From NCBI GenBank assembly GCA_018819265.1, contig JAHJQI010000085.1:11302-75301 (forward strand): a DNA stretch of 64,000 nt, written 5' to 3'. This DNA is from Alphaproteobacteria bacterium (GTDB lineage: Bacteria; Pseudomonadota; Alphaproteobacteria; Rhizobiales; Hyphomicrobiaceae). The position numbers and the translations under genes were made by a program. Positions within the stretch are counted from its first letter, which is position 1. Every line of letters starts with the position of its first letter. A model generated the notes under the pieces. That model had not been told where the DNA came from and ran no database searches. It saw only the letters and a list, made by a program, of their open reading frames with translations. Below, one piece after another: positions 9,475-17,787 of this stretch.

Positions 9475-11352
9475 CTACCCGCGCGTCGCGGCCCGCTGGC
9501 CTGCACTGGGCGCCGTTCCTTCCTTCCGACTCTCCGGATAGACAGGGTTCTCGGTTCTGTTGGGGAACGGTCGCTTTACGAGCTGCGGATTGTCCCAGTG
9601 CCCTTTGATGTTGAGCACGCTCGGCACCACGGCGTTATCGCTGCTGCCGGCTGTGCGCGCAAAGACGTTGAGGTCAAGGCTCCTGCGGTGGATGTTGACC
9701 GATCCCGTAACGGCAAGTTCGCTGCGCCCCTGCCGTTCCGTCACCAGCCGGTCGATCCGCGCGAGACCGTAATTGAACGCGAATTCCCCCGTAAGCGTCT
9801 CGACGTCCGTCCGTCCCTTCGTCGCCACCCCCCAACCCTCGACCGGGGGTTCGTTGACCCCCATGCTGGTCAGCAGCGCAGGCAGGTCGGCTTCGAGCGT
9901 CGCGCCATTTTCCATGCGCATCCCGACCCGGCCATCGAGGCTGTGCAGGAACGTCTCGGGGCTGTCCCAGTTGCCGCTGAGATCGATCGATACGTCGGCG
10001 GGGCCGGAGATGACCGCCCGCGGCAGAACCAGATCCGAAACATTCTCGATACGCACGCCCTTGAGCTTCCCGCGCAGCCCGCATCTCGTCACGCCGCTGC
10101 TCGGGTCGACCGAAAGAAGAAGACTTCCCTGTCCGCCACCCGGCAGTGCCATTTCCGCGAGATCGAGCAGGATGCGGCCATCGCGCAGCGACAACGCTGC
10201 CGCCGTCTTGTTCATTGTGAAGTTTGTGAACTGTGCCTGCTTTGCCGAGATCCGCAGGTCGACATCGATCTCGCGCAGAATCGGCAGGCTTATTTCCGTC
10301 AGCAGGTCGCGCACTCGTGCAGGCAGCCAATTTGTCGTCCCGCGGACCGTAGTTGCCAGCAGCGACTGGTGTTTCGTCTCGGCTTTCAGAAGCGCACCGA
10401 TATCGAGCTTGTCGAAGGCCAGCGTTCCGTCGATCAAAGGCCGCTCGCCCTTGCCGTTCACCAAGAGCGAGCCGGCCGCCGAATTGCCGTCGAGTTGGAA
10501 CCGGCCGTTGTGAAAATTGACGACCTGGCGCACCCATTCCAGCTTGCCGTCGGAGACGAACGTTTGAATGCCGAGTTCGGACGGCCACGACAAGCCGAGC
10601 CACCGTGCAAAAACGGGAACATCCGTCACCGTCAAGTGGGAAGAATCGGCAATCAGCCTGCCGCCGTCCCCGAGCGCGAATTGCCCCGAGAAGGAGGCGT
10701 TGAGAAGGGCGCCCGCCGTGATGGTGCCACGGATCGGCAGCTTCCTGGTGGCAAAGTCGCCCTCGCGTGCCCCGATCGTCGTATCGAAATCGAGTTGCCG
10801 GCCGAGTAGCTCGACACTGCCCTTGGCAACGAGCCGGTCCCCCGCGAGCCGGCGAAGCCGCAGGTTGACATTCCTGAAGACGGCAGCCGTACCCTTGTCG
10901 GCGGAAATATCGATGCGTCCGTTTTCAATCAGCAGGGCACGATATTTCGCAGCGGCAAGCGCCTTGGTCAGCGGCGCATCGATGCGCGCCGCCGAGTTGG
11001 CATATTGCTCGGCGCTGGGTCCAACGGAGATTTCCGCGTCGGTTAGAATGAGCACGCCGTTGCCGTCTTCCAGCAATTCGGCGATGGCGCGCGAACTTAG
11101 CGGCGCTGCACCTTGCGGCTGGGCGACCGACACGGTGCCGCGTGTCACGACGATGCGCGGCTCTGCCATGATTTGGACGGGCTGGTTCAGCTTGAAGGCG
11201 CTCTGATCCGCGGCGCTGACCGTGGAACTCCGGAGGATCAGTTCGGCTGGATCATCCGCGAGGAACAGCGGCAGCGCCACCGCGAGCACGACGACTGCGA
11301 ACGCAGCGACGGCCACGATAAGACGATGCTGTCGACGATCTTCTCGCTTCAT
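9475..11352 (-). CDS. AsmA-family protein
   Basis: N-terminal TM anchor, FQLDGNSAAGSL, IDGTLAFDKLDI, DVDLRISAKQA and C-terminal AVTGSVNIHRRSLDL...IKGHWDNP. The start is set at MKREDRR (ATG 11352). Confidence 0.75.
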   Translation of the reverse strand: MKREDRRQHRLIVAVAAFAVVVLAVALPLFLADDPAELILRSSTVSAADQSAFKLNQPVQIMAEPRIVVTRGTVSVAQPQGAAPLSSRAIAELLEDGNGVLILTDAEISVGPSAEQYANSAARIDAPLTKALAAAKYRALLIENGRIDISADKGTAAVFRNVNLRLRRLAGDRLVAKGSVELLGRQLDFDTTIGAREGDFATRKLPIRGTITAGALLNASFSGQFALGDGGRLIADSSHLTVTDVPVFARWLGLSWPSELGIQTFVSDGKLEWVRQVVNFHNGRFQLDGNSAAGSLLVNGKGERPLIDGTLAFDKLDIGALLKAETKHQSLLATTVRGTTNWLPARVRDLLTEISLPILREIDVDLRISAKQAQFTNFTMNKTAAALSLRDGRILLDLAEMALPGGGQGSLLLSVDPSSGVTRCGLRGKLKGVRIENVSDLVLPRAVISGPADVSIDLSGNWDSPETFLHSLDGRVGMRMENGATLEADLPALLTSMGVNEPPVEGWGVATKGRTDVETLTGEFAFNYGLARIDRLVTERQGRSELAVTGSVNIHRRSLDLNVFARTAGSSDNAVVPSVLNIKGHWDNPQLVKRPFPNRTENPVYPESRKEGTAPSAGQRAATRG

Positions 11353-11708
11353 CGTCCTGCCAATGAAAGAGTACGCAGTACTAGCTGAAACCGGGTCCTT
11401 GACCGCAGCGCCTGGCGTAAGACCGCCCCCCAGCATCGCCGCAACTATTAGCTGGCATGCCATGTGCTGGCAAGTCATTGCGACGGCCAGGAGTACCATT
11501 CGATGGCCGAAGCACGCGCGAATAATAGTCGATCCGGCAGCGAAAGCGAGGGCTGGAATTAACGCAGCTGTTAAGAAGATGAATTGCCGATCTTTCACAG
11601 ACACGGCGCTTCCAAAGGCGACATCAATCCCGTTGCCGGCGCCATGTCGTACGGCAGCCAAGCGATTTCATCGTCAAGGGGTCATCGGCGGCGCCAGCGC
11701 GGGCGCAC

Positions 11709-13586
11709 TCAACCGCCCGGCCGTCCGCCTGCGACGGCCTTGTGCAACAGCAGCACCGGCACCAGCCCGACGAAGACGATTGTCAGGGCGCCAAGTCCGG
11801 CCTCCTCGAACTGTTCGAGCGATGCCAGCCCGTACACGTAGGTTGCCAGCGTGTCGAAGTTGAACGGACGCAGTAGCAGCGTTGCCGGAAGTTCCTTCAT
11901 CGCGTCGACGAAAACCAAGAGGCCGGCCGACCCGAGTGCCGGCAGAAGGAGTGGCAGGTGCACCCGCATGAGGGTCGACAGCGATGTCTCGCCAAGCGCT
12001 CGGGCCGCGGCGTCGAGGTTGGGTGAGATGCGCTCCAGCCCTGCTTCGATGGTGCCAAGCCCGACAGCCAGGAAGCGGATCGAATAGGCAATGACCAGCG
12101 CCACGATGGAACCCGATAGCAGCAATCCGGTCGACAGGCCTGTTATCGAGCGCGCCAGTGCGTCAACGGCATTGTCGATGCCGGCAAGGGGAATAAGGAG
12201 ACCGAGCGCCAGCACCGTCCCAGGCACCGCATAGCCGAGTCCGGCGAGTCGAACCGCGGGTCTGATGAACCCGTTCGGCGCAACGCGTCGGGCATAGCCC
12301 AGCGTCAATGCGAGCATGACGGCAACGCCGGCGGCGATCGCCGAAAGCGCGAAGCTGTTGGTCGCCGCCGCCCAGAACGCGGCGTCCGCGGTGTCTCCCA
12401 TCGCCGCCCATGACAACCGGAGAAGCACGATGACTGGAACGAGAAACCCGGCCGCGAAAGGCAGGAGGCACAGGCTGGCCGCCGCAAATCCTTTCCAGCC
12501 GCCGAGTTCATGGAACGGGATCGATCGGTAGCGCCCGGTCGTGTGGTGTCGTTGCGCCTTGCCGCGCGCCATGCGCTCTGCTGCAAACAGGATGATGACG
12601 AGGCCCAGCATCACCGAGGCGATCTGCGCGGCGCCGCCAAGGTTCGACCGCTGCAGCCAGGTGCTGTAGACACTTGCCGTCAGCGTCTGCACGCCGAGAT
12701 ACTGGACCGCTCCGATATCGTTGAGGCACTCCATCAGAACGAGCGATACGCCCGCCACGAGAGCCGGCCGCGCCAGCGGCAGCGCCACCGCCCAGAAGGC
12801 TCCGAGCGGTGTCCGTCCCAACGTTCTCGCGACCTCGAGGGCACACACCGACTGCTGCACGAAGCTCGCTCGCGCCGTCAGGTAGACGTACGGGTAGAGC
12901 ACGGCCGACATGAGGAAGATCGCGCCGCCGATCGAGCGGATCTCCGGAAACCAGTAGTCGCGTACCGATTGAAACGCGAAAGCTTCGCGCAGCATCGTCT
13001 GCAGCGGTCCCGCATAGTCCAGCAGTTCGACATAGGCGTAGGCGACAATGTAGGTCGGCATGGCAAGCGGAAGGACGAGCAGCCTGTCGGCGATGGCGCG
13101 CCCCGGGAAGCGATACATCGTGACGAGCCAGGCGGCACTCGTCCCGGTGACGAGTGTCAGCGTGCCGGCACCCGCCATCAAGAGGATGGTCTGCCCGAAC
13201 GAACCTGAAAATGATCCCATCGCCAGAATGAGCGAGACGATCGAAACCCAAAGCAGCGGTAGGGCGGCCGGCGCCGTCGGGCGCGCCGAGCGGAAAGCCA
13301 GCCCCGACAGCGCCAGCGCTGCCAACACCCACGCGGTCGCCGGGGCCTGTCCGAACAGCACGTTGGCCAAAAGATGGGGCCAGATGTTTTCCGCCGGCGT
13401 CAGCGCCAGAACGACGACCGTTATGAGCGGCAGCGCCATGACCGCCATGACCGCCGCAATGGCCACCGTCCACATTGGTGAGGCGCGCCGCTTCGCCCTC
13501 CAGCGGGTCACGCTGCGTCCAAGGCCGCCGATACGGCGGGTCACCTCGCCAAGCGATGGAACGGGGAGTCGTTCGAGCCAGCTCAT
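11709..13586 (-). CDS. Fe(III) ABC transporter permease (FbpB/SfuB-like)
   Basis: LPLAMPTYIVAYAY, LYPYVYLTARASF, EVARTLG (EAA loop), VFVDAMKELPATLLLRPFNFDTLATYVY. The ATG at 13586 overlaps the TGA of the cytochrome gene (ATGA). Confidence 0.9.
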   Translation of the reverse strand: MSWLERLPVPSLGEVTRRIGGLGRSVTRWRAKRRASPMWTVAIAAVMAVMALPLITVVVLALTPAENIWPHLLANVLFGQAPATAWVLAALALSGLAFRSARPTAPAALPLLWVSIVSLILAMGSFSGSFGQTILLMAGAGTLTLVTGTSAAWLVTMYRFPGRAIADRLLVLPLAMPTYIVAYAYVELLDYAGPLQTMLREAFAFQSVRDYWFPEIRSIGGAIFLMSAVLYPYVYLTARASFVQQSVCALEVARTLGRTPLGAFWAVALPLARPALVAGVSLVLMECLNDIGAVQYLGVQTLTASVYSTWLQRSNLGGAAQIASVMLGLVIILFAAERMARGKAQRHHTTGRYRSIPFHELGGWKGFAAASLCLLPFAAGFLVPVIVLLRLSWAAMGDTADAAFWAAATNSFALSAIAAGVAVMLALTLGYARRVAPNGFIRPAVRLAGLGYAVPGTVLALGLLIPLAGIDNAVDALARSITGLSTGLLLSGSIVALVIAYSIRFLAVGLGTIEAGLERISPNLDAAARALGETSLSTLMRVHLPLLLPALGSAGLLVFVDAMKELPATLLLRPFNFDTLATYVYGLASLEQFEEAGLGALTIVFVGLVPVLLLHKAVAGGRPGG

Positions 13587-14362
13587 TTTTGCGGCAGCGT
13601 CTTTGCATACGCGAGAACATCGGCCGCGTCCTCGATGGGGAACGCCCTCAGGCTGATCATGGCCGCACCGGGATGCGAATTGCGGATCTTGTGCAGGACC
13701 TCGTCGGGTGCCGCATTCGCATCGGTTCCCACATATGCCGGCGCGTCCTTGTCGCCCCGATTGAGCAGCCGGCCATCGAAACCGTGACAGGCCGCGCAAG
13801 TCGTCTGGAAAATCGCCTCGCCGTGTTTGACGTCGCCTTTTACATTACCGGTCTTCACGTCGACGAATTTTGCAGTCTCATCCTGCCCCCGGCTAACGAA
13901 TGCGGCAACGCGAGCCAGTTCTTTATCGGTGATCATAGTGGCCGGATAGCCGTGTGGAGCGCCGCGCAACATCTTGGCGATGGCCGCTGGATCATCGCCC
14001 TTGGCCGCCTCGATTCCCTTGATGCCCGTGAAGTGACTGCCGCTGGCGTACTTGCCGTCCCTGCCGCGATAGTCCCAGCCATGGCATTCCTTGCAGCGCC
14101 ACGTATTGGCCCCTGATTGCTTTCCGGTCGCCGGATAGGCGGGATGCATGGAAGTCGGCTTCTCACGGTCGAGCGCGTGCCACCAATTGTCATAGATGCG
14201 GCCGCCCGCCGCCAGCAGCCAACTGTCGCTCTCGGACTCTGGCGCCCCGTGAACGAAATCGGCCTGGTCTTCGCGGAGTTCAGATTTGGGGTCGGCACTG
14301 ACGACCTCGCTGGCCAAGCAGCACGACAGGGCAATGACGACGGCGCTGAGCTGAATTTTCAT
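13583..14362 (-). CDS. Exported di-haem c-type cytochrome
   Basis: Signal peptide MKIQLSAVVIALSCC and two CXXCH motifs (CKECH, CAACH), with a distal Met candidate in PGAAM. Confidence 0.85.
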   Translation of the reverse strand: MKIQLSAVVIALSCCLASEVVSADPKSELREDQADFVHGAPESESDSWLLAAGGRIYDNWWHALDREKPTSMHPAYPATGKQSGANTWRCKECHGWDYRGRDGKYASGSHFTGIKGIEAAKGDDPAAIAKMLRGAPHGYPATMITDKELARVAAFVSRGQDETAKFVDVKTGNVKGDVKHGEAIFQTTCAACHGFDGRLLNRGDKDAPAYVGTDANAAPDEVLHKIRNSHPGAAMISLRAFPIEDAADVLAYAKTLPQK

Positions 14363-14544
14363 GGCGTTTGAAGCTCCGGTTGTCGGTCTAACGGCCACCC
14401 GTATATCCCGCACACCGGCGATGATCCATTGATTGAAAGCAAGTTCGTGTTCCGGTTCTGACATTTGCTTCCCAGTGGCTGATCTCGAAGCCGCACGCTG
14501 GGACCAAACGTCGGGTGCGCGACACTGGCGCGCATTGTTGAGGA

Positions 14545-15342
14545 TCAACTCAGCACGATGCGGTCCTTTGGAAAAACGATCCGAGCCGACGTCCCTTGGC
14601 CTGGCGTACTGGTGAGATCAAGCCGCGCTCCATTCGCAGCAGCCAGCGCCTGCACCAGCGGCAGTCCGACGCCGAGCCCGCCACCATCGCGTGAGGCTCC
14701 TTCGGCGACAAGCCCTTCGAGCGCGTCGGCAATCTGCTGCTCGCTCATGCCACGCCCGCTGTCGCGGATTTCGAAGATCAAGGACATGTCGGTCGAATAG
14801 CTCGCCTTCGCGACGATCGCACCGCCCTCCGGGGTGAACTTCAGTGAGTTGGTTATCAGGTTAATGAGCATCTGCTTGAGCGCCACCGCGTCTGCGATGA
14901 CTTTTGGCAGCCGCACATCGGGCTCGACGAGCTTCATGACGATACGCGCGCGTTCCGCCAGCGGCAGCATCGAGGAGATGGTGGCGTGCAGCAACTCGAG
15001 GGGATCGATTTCGGTAAACTCCAGCGGCTGCTGGGCGGCCTCGCGGCTGCGCTGCTCCAACATCCGGTCGATGACGGACAGCATCAGCCGGGCGCTGTCA
15101 TGGATATCGGCGGCATAGCGCCTGTAGCGCTCATCCCCGATCGGGCCGAGTTGCTCATCGCGCATGATTTCGGATGCAGCCACGATGGCAGTTATCGGCG
15201 TCTTCAGTTCGTGCGCCATTTTTTGCACATACGACCGTCGGCTGGCCACGCGCCGCATCTCCTGCGGGCGGTCCAGATCACCTGCTCTATCTGGTCCCGG
15301 CCCTGTCTTCTCGTCTTTCTTGCTGGCGTCGGTAGGGTCCAT
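14545..15342 (-). CDS. Histidine kinase (PleC/DivJ-like HisKA + HATPase) with no sensor domain
   Basis: MAHELKTPITAI (H box), LKQMLINLITNSLKFTPEGG (N box), IRDSGRGM and GLGVGLPLV. Only about 40 aa precede the H box. Confidence 0.85.
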   Translation of the reverse strand: MDPTDASKKDEKTGPGPDRAGDLDRPQEMRRVASRRSYVQKMAHELKTPITAIVAASEIMRDEQLGPIGDERYRRYAADIHDSARLMLSVIDRMLEQRSREAAQQPLEFTEIDPLELLHATISSMLPLAERARIVMKLVEPDVRLPKVIADAVALKQMLINLITNSLKFTPEGGAIVAKASYSTDMSLIFEIRDSGRGMSEQQIADALEGLVAEGASRDGGGLGVGLPLVQALAAANGARLDLTSTPGQGTSARIVFPKDRIVLS

Positions 15343-15604
15343 GGATCCTGCGGGTCTGCATGTTGAAGGCGCTCCGTCGCCCCGACTCGGATTTCTTGGA
15401 CGGAACGGATCGGCCGGCTTACGCTAAACCTGTATGGCGAAGTTGCAAGCGGGCGTCGCTTTCTGGAGGCTCTCGAGGCCGGCTGAAGTCGACGCAATGG
15501 CCGCCCCGCTTGGCTTGGCGCGGTGAATGCGCTATTTCCCCTTGACGGATGCCCCTCGAACGATGTTTCTAGCGGGTCTTCCACGGCGCGCACGGCGCCC
15601 CAAT

Positions 15605-15681
15605 GCCGCCTTAGCTCAGTTGGTTAGAGCGCTAGATTGTGGATCTAGAGGTCGGTGGTTCAAATCTACCAGGCGGTACCA
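15605..15681 (+). tRNA. tRNA-His(GTG)
   Basis: Acceptor stem GCCGCCT/AGGCGGT, D arm TAGCTCAGTTGGTTAGAGC, anticodon arm CTAGA-TTGTGGA-TCTAG, T loop GGTTCAAAT and an encoded CCA. There is no G-1, as known for this alphaproteobacterial clade. Confidence 0.97.
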
Positions 15682-15695
15682 CTGTTCTACCAAGA

Positions 15696-16134
15696 CTAGG
15701 TCATAAACTCATAAATGGGATTCACATCCGGTGCGAACAGTGATTCAAGCTCTCAAACGAGGGAGCTTTGGATGGCACGACACCGCTACGACCTGACCGA
15801 TGCCGAGTGGAAAATCATTGGACCGATGTTGCCGCAGAATTCGCGCGGCGTGAAGCGCGTCGATGACCGGCGGGTTTTGAACGGCATCTTCTGGCGCATG
15901 CGCGCTGGCGCACCATGGGCCGATATCCCGGAGCGCTATGGGCCGTATACGACCTGCTACAACCGCTTCGTTCGGTGGCGGAAAGCGGGCATCTGGGACA
16001 TGCTTCTGAAGGCGATATCAGAGACTTACGACGGACGGGTTCAGATGATTGATTCAACGTCCGTGCGGGTCCATCAGCACGGCGCCAACGGCGACAAAAA
16101 AGGGGCTCAGCGATTGCGTGGGCCGTTCCCCTAG
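15696..16134 (+). mobile_element. Truncated IS5-family (IS427-group-like) element
   Basis: Begins at CTAG 18 nt after the tRNA, with an IS-type left end and ribosome-binding region before the transposase ATG. The sequence breaks at a second CTAG (16131) and no right end is seen. Confidence 0.85.
15772..16134 (+). pseudogene. IS5 transposase N-terminal fragment
   Basis: RYDLTDAEW...DDRRVLNGIFWRMRAGAPWADIPERYGPYTTCYNRFVRW...MIDSTSVRVHQH, an A6G4 slippery site (16096-16105), then shifted-frame DCVGRS and abrupt loss of homology. Confidence 0.9.
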
Positions 16135-16394
16135 GTTTCTCGGACCGCTTGACTTTCGGCTTCTGCCAAGGCCCGCTTGGCGTCGTCGCGAACAACCTGC
16201 AATGCGGCAATCGCCTCGTTGACGAAACGGTCGATTTGCGACGCCGTCCTGAGATGGGGGGAAATCGCCAAATCAGCCTTGTGACTGAGACAACTCGACT
16301 TCACGAAAATCTGCACATCTGTCGCCGGTGGCCTGGAATCACTTCCGCCAACGAGATGGAAGCCGAAACACCCTTTGGTTTCCTCGATATTCAT
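16131..16394 (-). CDS. Small hypothetical protein (87 aa)
   Basis: MNIEETKGCFGFH...ISPHLRTASQIDRFVNEAIAALQVVRDDAKRAL, with an amphipathic C-terminal helix. Its TAG coincides with the CTAG where the IS breaks. Confidence 0.5.
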   Translation of the reverse strand: MNIEETKGCFGFHLVGGSDSRPPATDVQIFVKSSCLSHKADLAISPHLRTASQIDRFVNEAIAALQVVRDDAKRALAEAESQAVRET

Positions 16395-17095
16395 TTGCTC
16401 TATTCCATATCGGATTGCTGGTCTTCTGATCAATGGTTGCCCAATCGCGGCCCCGTGCAAGATCCGTCACACTGCATCGCTTCTCTACATCAGGCCACCA
16501 AATCTGGAGTGCGAGCAGTCGCCGAATCGCCGTTGGCCGCGAGCGTCGCAGCCGTGCTGATATCAATACGATCAATGTAGGCCTTTGCCCCACAACGTGG
16601 CAACTCCCCCTTGCCGATCTGACAAACGTCCGCAAACTGTCTTGCAGTCGGAGAACGGAACATCGGTGTGACAGGTGTTGCTGCTTGGCTCGATTAGGTT
16701 CGGAAGGGGACCGCTGCTCGATTGACGAGACCATAGCCTACGAGGCGAGGTTTCCAGCCACTCGGACTGCGATCGAAACAATATTTGGAACTTCACGAGC
16801 CTCGAAGCGTTCAGGGAGCACGCGTGCAAAGCCACGGAGCCGCTCAAGATAGCCGGCAAATCCATGGCTGCCCTGAGAATTTCAACGGTCCTGCGAATTT
16901 TGTGAATACCGATGCAGCGCTGGGCCGCGACGCTTTGCACGAAGGTGATCCTCGCCGCCAAAGAACCACGAACTCTAAAGTCAGGAGTAACTATTCATGG
17001 CACCGAATAAACCGAACGAACACACTGACAACCAACCCCGTGCCAGCCGCTGGACTCGCGAATCCTTCACATTCCGCCGCATGACCGGGGAGAAC

Positions 17096-17170
17096 GTGAT
17101 CGCACTTGTCATCGCCGTTTTGATCGTTGCTTTTGTTGCGGTGGTCCTGAGCGGCGGCTTTTCTGCCTAG
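17096..17170 (+). CDS. Putative 24-aa single-TM peptide
   Basis: GGGGAG RBS, GTG start, (M)IALVIAVLIVAFVAVVLSGGFSA*. The stop TAG is the first CTAG of repeat element A. Confidence 0.45.
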   Translation: MIALVIAVLIVAFVAVVLSGGFSA

Positions 17171-17333
17171 TACCGCCGATCAGAAGTCCCTGTGTCGCAT
17201 CAGTCAACCGCTCTCAGGGACTTCTGATCGAAAAGCGGTACTAGATTCAATATTTTACTAGTACCCTCTGCTTTCAGAAGTTCGTCAAGGTGTTGCCGCG
17301 AATGACCAACGAACTTCTGAAAGCGGGTACTAG
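17167..17333. repeat. CTAG-bounded double-hairpin element, copy A
   Basis: Hairpin 17167-17244 (26-bp perfect stem, AAAA bulge), 13-nt spacer, hairpin 17258-17333 (25-bp perfect stem, TCT bulge). Confidence 0.9.
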
Positions 17334-17414
17334 TGTTCTGGATCAATCGTCCGATTCCGTGGCAAAGGTCGCGCAAACGATCAGCCTAACGGTCCCGTGC
17401 TGACGCTCGGGAAC

Positions 17415-17452
17415 GAAGTGTTAGCGTCGGACTGAAGTGTTAGTGTCGGACT
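17415..17452. repeat. 19-bp tandem duplication
   Basis: GAAGTGTTAGCGTCGGACT followed by GAAGTGTTAGTGTCGGACT. Confidence 0.8.
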
Positions 17453-17787
17453 ATTGGCGCTTAAGATCGCCGTGAACTGAATTCATCGCGAAATGGTTTG
17501 AAAGCCTTGACCACATTGCCTTCTCGGTCGCTCTTCTTGTTACATTAGGCAGCTTAAAGCAGGGTCTTGAGCGCGCGATTCGGTGTGTTCTCGCGTGACT
17601 GCATCCCCCTGCGCAGCCGCGTCGACAAAGCGTTCGTCGAGGTTAGGGCGGCGGCGTATGGCAACCCAACCTCGGAATCGGGACACTGGCAGTTAGTCGA
17701 ATGTTGCATTAAGACTTCACTGTGTTCGGCCCGACGGAGCTGCACACCAAGCCCACCAATCCAGACAATCACTGCAGCAGGTAGGAA

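Noticed and set aside
16572-17084. ORFs in the islet (16572-16961 minus, 16785-17084 plus)
   Set aside because: No recognisable domain, RBS or host codon pattern; probably decayed DNA.
15660-17460. attL/attR duplication of the tRNA-His 3' end defining an integrative element
   Set aside because: No direct repeat of the tRNA 3' end was found downstream and there is no integrase. The GGCGGTAC match at 17170 is inverted and part of hairpin A.
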